From Planctomycetota bacterium (GTDB lineage Bacteria; Planctomycetota; UBA1135; UBA2386), in the NCBI GenBank assembly GCA_046290465.1, contig JBKAGP010000001.1, forward strand, positions 3,008,001 through 3,072,000: a stretch of 64,000 nt of DNA, written 5' to 3'. This document shows positions 52,339-64,000 of this stretch, one piece after another (the first letter of the stretch is position 1; each line of letters begins with the position of its first letter). Under the pieces are notes generated by a model, which saw nothing but the letters and a program-made list of their open reading frames with translations, was not told the origin of the DNA and did not search any database. Both the position numbers and the translations under genes were made by a program.

Positions 52339-53901
52339 TCACCACACCACTTCGCGCACGCCGTCCGCGATCCGCACGTCGTCGATCCAGGTGCGCCGCC
52401 CGTGCGAACGCGACACCCGCAGCCGCAGCGGCCCCTGGCCGGCCGGACCGAACACGATGCAGCGACCGCCGGCGTCGGTTTCGGCGCGGTAGACGATCGT
52501 CGCAAAGCGCGTGGCGGGATCCCGCGACCGCATGCGCAGCTGCTGGCCGCGCGCGTCGTCGCAGCGATCGCGGTGGCGGCTGTTGCCCGGAACGACCACC
52601 TCGACGGTGACCCCGGCGCGCGGCTCGCCGGATGCACTGCGCACGTCGACCTGCATCGGTGCCATCCGTTCGAGCCGCACCACGATCGGCTTCATCCGGT
52701 CGCGCCCGAACACGTCGACCGACGTGACCATGCGCCGCGGATCGTCGGGCACGATCGCCAGCCGCGCCTCGCCGCGACGCACCGGCACGCGCACGCGGCC
52801 CTGCTCGTGACGGCCGGCAAGGCGGAGGCGCGTCTGCCGGTGGCTGGCATCGAACGCGTAGCTGCGCACCGCGAACGCCTCGATCGGCGCGCCGTCCTCG
52901 GCCGCGACGACGTCGACCACCACCTCCGGAGAGCGCTCGAGCTCGAGCCGCAGCGCCGAACTCCCCCACCCGAACGGACCGAACTCGGCGTGCCGTTCGC
53001 AGCGAGCCGGATCGACGATGACGATCGGCACGCGGTCGGCGGCGGGCCCCGACCGCAGGATCGTGAACGCGCCGTGCCGGTCCGTCTCCGCCTCCATCGA
53101 CGGGCCGTAGCGGTTGTTCTTCGCGCGCAGCAGCACCCCGGCCACCGGCTCGCCGAGCTCGTCGACGACCACCCCGGTCAGCCGCGGCAACGCCGCCATC
53201 ACGACGTCGATGCGGCGCGGCGCGCCGTCGATCAGCTGGTAGCGCAGCGCATGCGTCGGCCGCATGCCCGGCGCCGACACCCAGACCTGCGCCCGGCCCG
53301 CCGGCACGCGCCCGTCGACCGAGAACGTGCCGTCGGCGGCGACCGTCGCGTCGCAGATGTAGAGCCGTTCGTAGCGCGCCGTCGCGGTCGGCCCGTCGAA
53401 CCGGACGCGGAACGGCGAACGCGGCGCGTCCGGACGCATCGACGGACCGCCTGGGCGCGATCCCTCGACCGTCGCGGTCACGTGCAGCGAGACCTGCCCC
53501 ACCACCGGCCGGCCGCGGCGGTCCCGGAGCGTGCCCGTCACCCGCACCCCGCGGCGCAGCTCCACATCGAGCCGACCGCTCGCACCGAGCGCCGCCGCAG
53601 ACGCCTCGAACTCCTTGCTGCGACGGCCATCGCAGGTCACCCGCACGCAGACGGTGGCGCCATCGGGCGGGGCCAGCGACAGCTCGAAGGCGCCGAGGCT
53701 CGTTGTCGTTACGGGCTCCGGACGGTGCCCCGACTCGAGCGGCCGGCCGTTGTGTCGGTATGCGACCGTGACGGTCGCCCGGGCGAGCCCGACGCCCGAC
53801 TCCGCAGCGACGCAACGGCCTGTGATCCGACAGGTTGGGTCCTGCGCCCGAGCGCTGGAGGCGGCTGGCTGCAGCGCCAGCGCGATCGCGGTCGGGAGCA
53901 T
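52339..53901 (-). CDS. Secreted protein with repeated carboxypeptidase-regulatory-like (beta-sandwich) domains
   Basis: Repeats 'ITGRCV', 'VTGTLRDRRGRPV', 'LTGVVVDELGEPVAGV', 'TDRHGAFT', 'TDAGGR'. Confidence 0.75.
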   Translation of the reverse strand: MLPTAIALALQPAASSARAQDPTCRITGRCVAAESGVGLARATVTVAYRHNGRPLESGHRPEPVTTTSLGAFELSLAPPDGATVCVRVTCDGRRSKEFEASAAALGASGRLDVELRRGVRVTGTLRDRRGRPVVGQVSLHVTATVEGSRPGGPSMRPDAPRSPFRVRFDGPTATARYERLYICDATVAADGTFSVDGRVPAGRAQVWVSAPGMRPTHALRYQLIDGAPRRIDVVMAALPRLTGVVVDELGEPVAGVLLRAKNNRYGPSMEAETDRHGAFTILRSGPAADRVPIVIVDPARCERHAEFGPFGWGSSALRLELERSPEVVVDVVAAEDGAPIEAFAVRSYAFDASHRQTRLRLAGRHEQGRVRVPVRRGEARLAIVPDDPRRMVTSVDVFGRDRMKPIVVRLERMAPMQVDVRSASGEPRAGVTVEVVVPGNSRHRDRCDDARGQQLRMRSRDPATRFATIVYRAETDAGGRCIVFGPAGQGPLRLRVSRSHGRRTWIDDVRIADGVREVVW

Positions 53902-53987
53902 CCAGGAACGGCAGTGCGCGAACACACCGCCGGTCTGGCAACAACCGCTCCGGCCGAGCTGGCCATTCAGGACATCTTGCAGAGTTC

Positions 53988-56409
<2,422 letters not shown>

Positions 56410-56440
56410 TCCGGCGGCAGGGCCGCACTACAGTGGGTTC

Positions 56441-57290
56441 ATGCGCTTCGGCATGAACCTGCTGTTGTGGACCACCCACGTCACCCCCGAGCACGAACGC
56501 ACGCTCGCCTTCGTCAAGGAGTGCGGCTTCGACGGCGTCGAGATCCCGCTGTTCGACGGCGATCCCGACCACTACGCGCAGCTCGGCAAGCTGTGCGATG
56601 CGCTCGGCCTGCAGCGCACCTGCTCGACCGGGCTCGCGCCGGAGCACGACCCGATCCACGACGATCCGGCGGTGCGCGCAGCGGCGCTCGAACGGCTGCG
56701 CTGGGCGATCGACTGCACCGAGGCGGCCGGCGGCGACGTGCTGTGCGGCCCGCTGCACTCGGCGTTCAAGGTGTTCCGCGATCGCGGCCCCAACGACGAC
56801 GAGGTGCAGCGCAGCGCCGACGTGCTGCGGCAGGCGGCCGAACACGCGCAGCCGGCCGGCGTGCTGCTGGCCCCCGAGGCGCTCAACCGCTTCGAGTGCT
56901 ACCTGCTCAACACCGCCGCGCAGATGCGGCAGCTGGTCGAGCGCGTCGACCACCCCCACCTGAAGGCGCACTACGACACGCACCACATGCACCTCGAGGA
57001 GCCGGACGCCGGCGCCGCGGTCGCGCACACCGCACCGGTGCTCGGCCACGTGCACTGCAGCGAGAACGACCGCGGCGTGCCCGGCCGCGGCCAGGTCGAC
57101 TGGCAGGGAACGTTCGCCGCGCTGCGCGCCGCCGGCTACGACGGCTGGTGCGTGATCGAGGCGTTCTCCCGCCTCGACCCCGCGTTCGCCGCCGGCATCC
57201 ACGTCTGGCGCGACTACTTCCACGCGCCCGAGGACGTCTGCACCGAAGGCCTCGCATTCGTGCGCGCCGCACTCCAGAAGCTCGGACGGC
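56441..57290 (+). CDS. Sugar phosphate isomerase/epimerase (D-tagatose/psicose 3-epimerase-like TIM barrel); natural stop codon missing
   Basis: 'FGMNLLLW', 'GFDGVEIP', 'EALNRFECYLLN', 'YDTHH', 'HVHCSENDRGVPG', 'IEAF'. Homology ends near 'EGLAFVRAAL' but the frame stays open to 59317. Confidence 0.85.
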
Positions 57291-57341
57291 GGTCGCTCCA
57301 ACTGCGGCGCCCTGCGCCGCGAACGTTGGAGGATGGACCGC
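57289..57341. terminator. Long imperfect hairpin between convergent genes
   Basis: Nested pairs GCGGTC/GACCGC, CTCCAAC/GTTGGAG and GCGGCGC/GCGCCGC. Confidence 0.5.
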
Positions 57342-57352
57342 GTACCGTACCG

Positions 57353-59233
57353 CTACTTTCGGAAGGTGCCGAGCAGGCGTTCGACCTTGGCGGGGTCGAA
57401 GTTCTTGCCGGGCTTGCCCGACTGGTTGGCCTGCAGCGCCTTCAGGTCGGGGGTCTCCGACGGCACCCCGCCTTCGGGAACGTCGACGTCGGCACACCAG
57501 GCGATCGCGTTGAGCACCACGGTGCGGAAGTCACGGTGGCCCCAGTTCCAGTGCACGTGCCCGCCGGTGAAGCCGAACGAGCGGCCGCCGTCGGGACGCT
57601 GGAACGCCCAGCCGACGTGCTGCGGGACCGCGTTGGCGACGTCCTCGCGCACCGCCGGGTTGCCGCTGTGCGGACCGTCCTTGCGCCGCATCGTCGACTC
57701 GGGCGCGACCGCCGACAGGATCGGCGTCACCCCCTGCATGCCCTTCTGGAAGCGCATGTGGAAGTACCACTCGTCGTGGATCGCGAACGGCTGCACGCCG
57801 CGACCGATCGGGTGCTCGGGGATCGCCGTGAACTCGGCGGTCCAGTGCGGATTGACCGACCAGTGGGTCTCGAAGTAACCGCCGAGCCAGTCGACGAAGC
57901 GGTCGCCCGGCCTGCCCTTCGGCACCTCGACGGCGTAGTGGATGCAGACCAGCGACAGGCCGCGCGCCATCTGCGGCGCGAGTTCCTCCATGTGCCGCAG
58001 GAACGGGTGGCGGCCGCCGCCGTCCGCGAAGCAGACCAGCACGTCGGCACGTTCGATCGCCTGCTCGTCCTTCGGCCACTGCACGTGCACCTCGGTCTCG
58101 ATCGGCAGCCCGCTGGAGCGGATCGCGTCGGCGAGCAGCATGCAGCCGGCGCGGTGTTCGTGCGCCGCGTAGCCGTGGCTCGGGCCGCCCGACACGAACA
58201 CCACCCGGCGCGTGCGCTGCGGGTCGTTCTCGACCACCCAGACGTTGCGGTAGGCGACCGGGTTGCCGTGGTTCTGCAGGTAGAGGCCGCCGGCCGAGTC
58301 CGACTCCTTGCGCTTCGCGGCGGCCGTCACGTTCGGCAGCGCGACGTCGTCGTGCACCAGGATGCCGTTGAGGTGCACGGTCATGCGCGCGTCGCGCTTC
58401 TTGACCAGCCCGCTCCAGCGCGCCGCGGTGAACGTGATGTCGTAGGTCTGCCAGGTCCCGGGCGGCAGGCACGCGTTGACGATCGGCTCGGCGATCGAGT
58501 AGATGCCGCCGCACTCGTTCTGCTTGCCGTCGAGGCCGAACGAATCGAGCACCTGGCACTCGTAGCGCCCCTGCACGTAGACGCCGCTGTTGCCGCGACC
58601 CTGGCCGCGCGCCTCCGGCTGGAACGGCGTGCGGAACTCGAGGTGGATATGGTGGTCACCGAAGCGCTGCCTGGAGTCGCAACCGACGCCGAGCAGGCCA
58701 CCCTCGAGCAGGCGGCCACCCTCGAACGCATCGGCCGAAGAACCGTCGAACAGCACCACCGCACCCGCGGGCGGCGTCGCGCCGAGCGTGGGGCTCCGGC
58801 GCGCGACCTTCTTCAGCCGGCCGGTCTCCTCGCCCTCCTTGCCGGCGAACACCAGTTCGCCGTCGACGAGCTTCGCCGACAGCTTGCCCTTGGTGAACTC
58901 CGCGATGCCGTCGACCAGCGGTGCCTCGAAGGTCCGCCGCGGCTCGCCGCGCCGCCACCCCGCACCGGGCAGGCCGCCGAGGTGGAGCACCATCTGCAGG
59001 CGTGGGTTGCCGCCGTCCTGGTCGCACAGCGCCACCAGCTGCGCGCCGAGCGGCTGCGGCCCGGAGCGGCTCGGGTCGACGATGTCGACCTCACCGACGT
59101 ATTCGCCCTGCGCCTGCAGCAGCTGGTCCGTCGAGTCTCGACCAGTCGCGTGCTGGTCCTTCGGGCTTTGGGCGGACGCGCCGACGCACAGCAGCAACGC
59201 CAGCGCCGACGAGAGGAACGAGGTGCGGCTCAT
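57353..59233 (-). CDS. Secreted DUF1080 (3-keto-disaccharide hydrolase-like) + ThuA fusion
   Basis: Signal peptide; 'LFDG', 'HLEF', 'GNSGVY', 'YECQVLDS', 'WQTYDI', 'LQNHG..V.YRN'; then ThuA 'GPSHG..AHEH', 'GRSFGFTGGH'. Confidence 0.9.
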   Translation of the reverse strand: MSRTSFLSSALALLLCVGASAQSPKDQHATGRDSTDQLLQAQGEYVGEVDIVDPSRSGPQPLGAQLVALCDQDGGNPRLQMVLHLGGLPGAGWRRGEPRRTFEAPLVDGIAEFTKGKLSAKLVDGELVFAGKEGEETGRLKKVARRSPTLGATPPAGAVVLFDGSSADAFEGGRLLEGGLLGVGCDSRQRFGDHHIHLEFRTPFQPEARGQGRGNSGVYVQGRYECQVLDSFGLDGKQNECGGIYSIAEPIVNACLPPGTWQTYDITFTAARWSGLVKKRDARMTVHLNGILVHDDVALPNVTAAAKRKESDSAGGLYLQNHGNPVAYRNVWVVENDPQRTRRVVFVSGGPSHGYAAHEHRAGCMLLADAIRSSGLPIETEVHVQWPKDEQAIERADVLVCFADGGGRHPFLRHMEELAPQMARGLSLVCIHYAVEVPKGRPGDRFVDWLGGYFETHWSVNPHWTAEFTAIPEHPIGRGVQPFAIHDEWYFHMRFQKGMQGVTPILSAVAPESTMRRKDGPHSGNPAVREDVANAVPQHVGWAFQRPDGGRSFGFTGGHVHWNWGHRDFRTVVLNAIAWCADVDVPEGGVPSETPDLKALQANQSGKPGKNFDPAKVERLLGTFRK

Positions 59234-59280
59234 GCGGCGATTAGACCGGCGAGCGGGCCACGCGACCAGCCGCCGGCCGA

Positions 59281-59832
59281 CTACGGGGTCGACGGCCGCG
59301 GATCCGACAGGTCGTAGAGGGTGTCGCCGTCGAGGTACGGGGTCAGCCGTGCGCCGCGGCGCAGCCGGTCCTCGGCGTCGGGGCCGACGTGGTAGGACTG
59401 GATGCTGCGAGCCACCCGGTGCACCTCGTCGACCAGCACCTCGCGCGCCTGCGCCGCCAGCTGCTCGCCGGGCACGAGCGGGACCTCGCCGGCGATCACC
59501 GCGAGCGAGCCGAACGCACCACCGGGGCGGACCACGAAGCCGGTGGGATTGCCCAGGCGGTCGACGATCCGGCGCTCGCCGTGCGCCCGTCGCTCGGCGA
59601 CGCGCGCCACCGGCTCGACGTCGCTCGGCAGCACCAGCCACTGCGGGTTGCTCGACGGGTCGCCGGTCGGCGCGACGCCGAAGTCGTCGACGTCGGCGAT
59701 GCTCGACCAGCTGGTCGGCTCGCCTTCGACGGCACCGACGCGCACGTAGCGCACCGGCAGCTGCCGTTCGAACGCGGCGGTGACCCGCAGCCAGTCCGCC
59801 CGCGTCAGGTAGACGTGCAGCGCGCCGCTCAT
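59281..59832 (-). CDS. Hypothetical protein
   Basis: 183-aa ORF with GC3 bias and ATGA overlap with the upstream gene. Confidence 0.7.
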   Translation of the reverse strand: MSGALHVYLTRADWLRVTAAFERQLPVRYVRVGAVEGEPTSWSSIADVDDFGVAPTGDPSSNPQWLVLPSDVEPVARVAERRAHGERRIVDRLGNPTGFVVRPGGAFGSLAVIAGEVPLVPGEQLAAQAREVLVDEVHRVARSIQSYHVGPDAEDRLRRGARLTPYLDGDTLYDLSDPRPSTP

Positions 59833-61337
59833 CGCGTCTTCGACAGCGTGTAGTAGACCTTGGTGCCGAGCAGCGGCCGACCGCTGCGCGATCGGACCTT
59901 GCCGAGGTCGATCGTGTCGACGTGGCCCGGCCGCAGCTTCGCCCCCGACAGGAAGACGTTGGTGGCCGCCGCGTCGGGCCCCGGCTCACCGGTCGGCACC
60001 GGCCGTTCGTCGACCTTCGGGGAGCCGTAGGCCTTGTGGTAGTGGTAGCGGTGCTCGCGCAGCGTGATGCCGTCGATGCTGTTGACGTCGACCGGCTCGG
60101 TGAAGTGCAGCCGGAAGCCGTTGCGGACCGTCTCGACCTCGTCGACCGCGAACATGCCGGCGGCCTCGCCCTTCCAGCGCACGCGCACCAGCCCTTCGGC
60201 GCCGGCCCACGACAGGTGGGTCTTGCCGATCCACAGCGAGCCATCGGGCGTGAATGTCATCCGGTGGTTGCCGGCGCCGAGCGCCTCGCTGTCGAAGAAC
60301 GGCACCGCGGCCCCCTGGGACACGTCCCCGATGCAGTCCGGCAGCAGACGCACCAGCGACTTCTGGTTCATCTCGCCGATCAGCGTCTGGCCGGCGAGCG
60401 GACCGAACACCCCGGCCGGGATCGCGATCGGCTGCGTCGGCGAGTTGGCCAGCTCGCCCTGCGGCAGCAGCGCCATCGCCGGCGTGCGCAGCGCGTCGAG
60501 CTCGGCGACCGGGACCTGCAGCGGGTCGCGGTCCCAGCCTTCGCGCCAGACCAGCGACGCCGGGTGGCCACAGAACCGCCCCGCGCGAACGTGGTGCACC
60601 TTGCTGGTGCCGAGCCAGTCGCCCTGGTTGTCGGTCACCAGCAGGCGGCCGTCGGCATCGAAGCCGATGCCGTCGGGAGAACGGAAGCCGCACGCGAACG
60701 GCTGCGCGTCGCTGCCGTCCGGCGACAGCCGCACGACCCAGCCGCGCCACCTGACGCGCGAATACATGCGACCGGCGGCGCCCTTGACCTTGCCCCACTC
60801 CTTGCCGCGCACGGCCATGCGCGCCCGTTCGACGCCGATCTCGCTCCACTCGCCGCGGATCTCGTCGCGGATGCCGGCGCCGTTCGACGCGGTGTTGAGC
60901 GCGACGTACAGGTTGCCTTCGGCGTCGCGCGCGGGGCCGAACGCGAACTCGTGGTAGTTGCCGGTCATGCCGAAGCCGTCGAAGACGGTCTCGTACTCGT
61001 CGGCGACGCCGTCGCCGTCGGTGTCGCGCAGCCGCGTCAGTTCGCAGCGCTGCATCACCAGCATGCTGGACTCGCTCTCGACCAGCAGCCCGAGCGGCTC
61101 GTGCAGCCCTTCCCCGAACTGCGCCCACGCGCCGTTCTTCGGGTCGTAGGTGAACACCTCGCCGCGGTGGAAGCACATCGCCAGCTTGCCCGACGGCGTC
61201 GCGTCGAGGCCGCCGATCTGCGGATCGACGCCCGGCGGCAGCTCGATCCGCTCGATGTCGAAGGCCTCGGTCCAGCGGTCCTGCTGGCAGACGAGCGGCG
61301 CGAGCAGCGCGCCGAGCACGATCGCTGCGCGCATCAT
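59829..61337 (-). CDS. Secreted PVC-type beta-propeller (glucose/sorbosone dehydrogenase-like, DUF7133-type)
   Basis: 'GLHEPLGL', 'ELTRLRDTDGDGVADEY', 'NYHEFAFGP', 'GFRSPDG', 'TDNQGDW', 'YHKAYGSP'; GGAG RBS and ATGA overlap. Confidence 0.85.
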   Translation of the reverse strand: MMRAAIVLGALLAPLVCQQDRWTEAFDIERIELPPGVDPQIGGLDATPSGKLAMCFHRGEVFTYDPKNGAWAQFGEGLHEPLGLLVESESSMLVMQRCELTRLRDTDGDGVADEYETVFDGFGMTGNYHEFAFGPARDAEGNLYVALNTASNGAGIRDEIRGEWSEIGVERARMAVRGKEWGKVKGAAGRMYSRVRWRGWVVRLSPDGSDAQPFACGFRSPDGIGFDADGRLLVTDNQGDWLGTSKVHHVRAGRFCGHPASLVWREGWDRDPLQVPVAELDALRTPAMALLPQGELANSPTQPIAIPAGVFGPLAGQTLIGEMNQKSLVRLLPDCIGDVSQGAAVPFFDSEALGAGNHRMTFTPDGSLWIGKTHLSWAGAEGLVRVRWKGEAAGMFAVDEVETVRNGFRLHFTEPVDVNSIDGITLREHRYHYHKAYGSPKVDERPVPTGEPGPDAAATNVFLSGAKLRPGHVDTIDLGKVRSRSGRPLLGTKVYYTLSKTR

Positions 61338-62239
61338 TCCTTCTCCTCCATGACGATCGTGAACGACGCGGCCTTGGCCTTGCTCGGCGTGAACACCAGC
61401 CCGTCGAAGGTGCCGTCCTCGCTGGTGTAGGTCATCTTGTCGGATGCGGTCAGCGTCAGCCGGAAGCCGGCCGGCGCCCCCTCGAGCGTGAACTGCCGCG
61501 CCAGCCCCCATCCGTCGAGCAACGGCGTGATGCGCTCCTCGACCAGCACCTTGCCCAGGCGGTAGCGGAACGTCGGCAGGCCGTCCTTCATCCGGTAGCC
61601 GAGGAAGCGCGGCCGGGTGCCCTGCTTGCGCGGCAGCGGCGAGGCCCGTTCGCGCAGCACGACGTCCCCGACGACCTTGGCGAGCGCGTTGCCGTTGGCA
61701 CGCCAGACCGGCCAACCGTCGATGAAGTCGCCCTTCCAGACGTAGCGCAGCCGGCACGGTCCGGCGTCCCAGCAGTAGTGCCACTCGTCGTTGGTCGCAA
61801 CCGCGATCGCGGCCGGGCCGGCGCCCGGCATGAAGATGCGCTGCACCAGCGGCCGACGCCGCATCGACGGCGACGCGCGGAAGCGGTCGCCGCCCTTGAC
61901 CTTCACCTCCTTCTTGCCCTTGGTGCTCGACACGATCCACGCATGGATCTTGCGCAGGTTCGCCTTGTCGACGTGCGCCATCGACGGCATCTGGATGACG
62001 CCCTTGCGCTTCTGCTGCGGCTCGTGGCACCAGGCGACGAACTCGTCGGGCTTGCTGCCGTAGAGCTTGCCGACCTCGATCAGCGACGGGCCGACGTGGA
62101 AGCGATCCGGCAGGTGGCACGAGGCGCAGAAGACCTTGTAGAGGTCCTGGCCCTGCTGGGCGCACAGCGCCGTCGACACCAGGCCGGTCGGCAGCAGCAG
62201 GACGAACGCGAACAGAAGGCGCGAGATGGGATGGTACAT
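61334..62239 (-). CDS. c-type cytochrome domain protein
   Basis: Signal peptide; haem motif 'CASCH', 'VGPSL', distal 'MPSM'; C-terminal 'WDAGPCRLRYVWKGDFID', 'FLGYR...G.PTFRY'. Confidence 0.88.
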   Translation of the reverse strand: MYHPISRLLFAFVLLLPTGLVSTALCAQQGQDLYKVFCASCHLPDRFHVGPSLIEVGKLYGSKPDEFVAWCHEPQQKRKGVIQMPSMAHVDKANLRKIHAWIVSSTKGKKEVKVKGGDRFRASPSMRRRPLVQRIFMPGAGPAAIAVATNDEWHYCWDAGPCRLRYVWKGDFIDGWPVWRANGNALAKVVGDVVLRERASPLPRKQGTRPRFLGYRMKDGLPTFRYRLGKVLVEERITPLLDGWGLARQFTLEGAPAGFRLTLTASDKMTYTSEDGTFDGLVFTPSKAKAASFTIVMEEKE

Positions 62240-62286
62240 GGGCGATCGGGAGGGCGTGCAGACGATCGAGCGCCGCGCGCCGACCG

Positions 62287-63471
62287 TCAACCGGCGTTCG
62301 CAGAACCCGACGGACCCGATGCGCGCAGTTCGTGGGCGCGTGCCGCGACGTCGACGATCCACGGCTGGCGGCCGGCGTCGACCAGCACGACCTGCTCGGC
62401 GAGATTGACCGTCGGACAGACGTGGCGCGGCACCAGCAGCAGTTCGGTGCCGCGCGCGGGCCGCTCGCCGCTGCAGCGCATCGGCAGGTGCTCCTCGCTC
62501 GGAGCCATCGCCGCGAGCCCGCCTCGCCCCAGCACGAACGCACACGGATCGCCGGCTTCGGCCGCGACCGACTTGGAGCCGGCATCGCACGTCGCGATGT
62601 CGCTGGCCGGGTGGCTGATCACCCGGGTCAGCACCAGCGCCGCCGGCACCAACGACACGTCGGGGTTCTCGAGCTCGCTGCGCGCGTCGTGGAACACGAC
62701 CGTGCCCGGGCTGACGCGGTGCACGAACGGCACGTGCGCGAAGCCCTCGAACCCGAGGGCATGGTGGAACGCGGGCGTGCCCGCGGTCACGACCTCGGCG
62801 ACGCTCACGCCCTGCACGTCGAGGCCGGCGACGATCTCGAGCAGCTGCCGGTAGCCGTCGAAGATCCGTTGCCGCCGCTGCGCGAGGTCGGGCTCGTGCA
62901 GGTGGCCGTCGTAGAAGTGCAGCCCGCGGAACCGTTCGGCCGCGCCGCGCGCGATCGCGAGCACCTGGTCGAACGCGCCGATCGGCACCCCGGTGCGGTT
63001 CATGCCCGGGTTGACGTCGACGAACACGCCGAGCTGCGCCGGCAGTTCGACGACCAGCGACGGATCCTCGACCAGCACCGACAGGTTGGCGTGCGTCGCC
63101 GCCGCTGCGATCTCGCCGAGGCGATGCAGCGACGGGCCGCGGTGCGGGTACGCGACCAGCAGGTCGATCTGCTCGCCGGCACGCGCCGCGACGTCGGCCA
63201 TCACCGCCGCCTCGCGGGTCGTCGCGCACTTGAACTGCCGCACGCCGGCGCGCAGCAGTTCGCGCCAGACCTCCGGGATCTTGGTCGTCTTCAGGTGCGG
63301 CCGCCAGCGGTCGACGCTGCCGCAGTAGTCGATCATGCGCTGCAGGTTCTCACGCACCCGCTCGAGGTAGACGACCAGCGTCGGCGTCTGCAGGTCGTCC
63401 AGCAGGTCGCGCGGCAGCTCGTAGGCGGTCGTCGCGCGCTGCGCGAACGGGTTGGCGAGGTCTTCGGACAT
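62287..63471 (-). CDS. D-threonine aldolase/DSD1-family PLP enzyme (fold type III)
   Basis: 'TPTLVV', 'RPHLKTTK', 'KCAT..EA', 'GMNRTG', 'YDGH', 'DAGSKS', 'SEEH', 'PRHVCPTVNL'. Confidence 0.9.
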   Translation of the reverse strand: MSEDLANPFAQRATTAYELPRDLLDDLQTPTLVVYLERVRENLQRMIDYCGSVDRWRPHLKTTKIPEVWRELLRAGVRQFKCATTREAAVMADVAARAGEQIDLLVAYPHRGPSLHRLGEIAAAATHANLSVLVEDPSLVVELPAQLGVFVDVNPGMNRTGVPIGAFDQVLAIARGAAERFRGLHFYDGHLHEPDLAQRRQRIFDGYRQLLEIVAGLDVQGVSVAEVVTAGTPAFHHALGFEGFAHVPFVHRVSPGTVVFHDARSELENPDVSLVPAALVLTRVISHPASDIATCDAGSKSVAAEAGDPCAFVLGRGGLAAMAPSEEHLPMRCSGERPARGTELLLVPRHVCPTVNLAEQVVLVDAGRQPWIVDVAARAHELRASGPSGSANAG

Positions 63472-63486
63472 GACCGGATTGCAGCG

Positions 63487-64000
63487 TCAGGCGGGCTCGT
63501 TGGCCAGTTGCGGCAACGATCCCGGCGCGGGCAGTACGATCCAGCCCTCCTCGGCGGCCTCGCCGTCCGGACAGCGATGCTCGTCGAGCACGTGCCCGGC
63601 CACCTCTGCGCGCACCGCCAGGCTCGCCAGCAGCGCATCGAACGCGTCGTCGCTCGACCGGACCATCGCCTCGAAGCGGGCCGACAGCGACAGCCACCCG
63701 GCGTGCGCGCACAGCGCGTCGACGCGCCGACCGAGCTCGTCGCGCTTGCGCGGCCCCTTGTAGCCGCGCGGCTCGATCCGCCACTGGTGCAGCGCGACTG
63801 CCGGATAGACCTCGAGGCACGATCGACCCGCCGCCGAAAGCCGCGCCAGCAGGCCGCGGCAGCGCATCGCGACCACCCCGATCAGGTCCGACGAGACGCT
63901 GAGCGGCCACAGCCCGGTCGCGCGATGCACGAAGCGGTCGGTCTCGCGGTAGCGCAGCAGGTTGCGTTCGCCCGGCCACGCGAACGGCCGCGGCGGCTCC
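63487..64000 (-). CDS. DUF429-family (RNase H-like) protein, 5' end off window
   Basis: 'YRETDRFV', 'PLSVSSDLI', 'EVYPA', 'DAFDALLA', 'EEGWIVLP'. Confidence 0.8.
   Translation of the reverse strand, partial: EPPRPFAWPGERNLLRYRETDRFVHRATGLWPLSVSSDLIGVVAMRCRGLLARLSAAGRSCLEVYPAVALHQWRIEPRGYKGPRKRDELGRRVDALCAHAGWLSLSARFEAMVRSSDDAFDALLASLAVRAEVAGHVLDEHRCPDGEAAEEGWIVLPAPGSLPQLANEPA

Noticed and set aside
57353..63229. ORF-track lengths of 963, 918 and 631 aa (also 557 aa at 42576 and 538 aa at 10834)
   Set aside because: The N-terminal extensions overlap upstream genes in other frames; true starts were set from signal peptides, RBSs and ATGA overlaps.

Overview
Very GC-rich bacterial DNA; gene content (ThuA/DUF1080, PVC-type propeller plus cytochrome c, secreted repeat proteins) suggests Planctomycetota/PVC, which is an inference. 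Positions 1-32288 look like two related genomic islands in tandem at a tRNA-Gly(CCC) gene that itself lies outside the window. Two displaced tRNA 3' fragments (2590-2637 and 32241-32288, 46/48 identical) both start at the anticodon loop and are each preceded by a colinear, homologous ~160-bp arm. The end of the first island carries a CzcC/TolC-type efflux gene and a frameshifted thioredoxin. The second island (~29.7 kb, no integrase seen) carries stress-adaptation cargo: DUF1611 plus a PLP racemase, a sugar transferase, cardiolipin synthase split by an IS21 element with a 5-bp TSD, cyclic beta-1,2-glucan synthase coupled to nhaA, CBS/DUF4142 proteins, a two-component pair, and an RRM-desaturase-DEAD-box cluster. 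To the right are a SWIM-SNF2 helicase, an XPB-like protein with degenerate helicase motifs coupled to a DUF790/Bax1 nuclease, three secreted proteins sharing a C-terminal domain (one copy apparently circularly permuted), a highly structured ~180-nt leader before a 'TGESY' protein, katG, and sugar-oxidation-type genes. All family calls come from motif recognition by eye; no searches were run.
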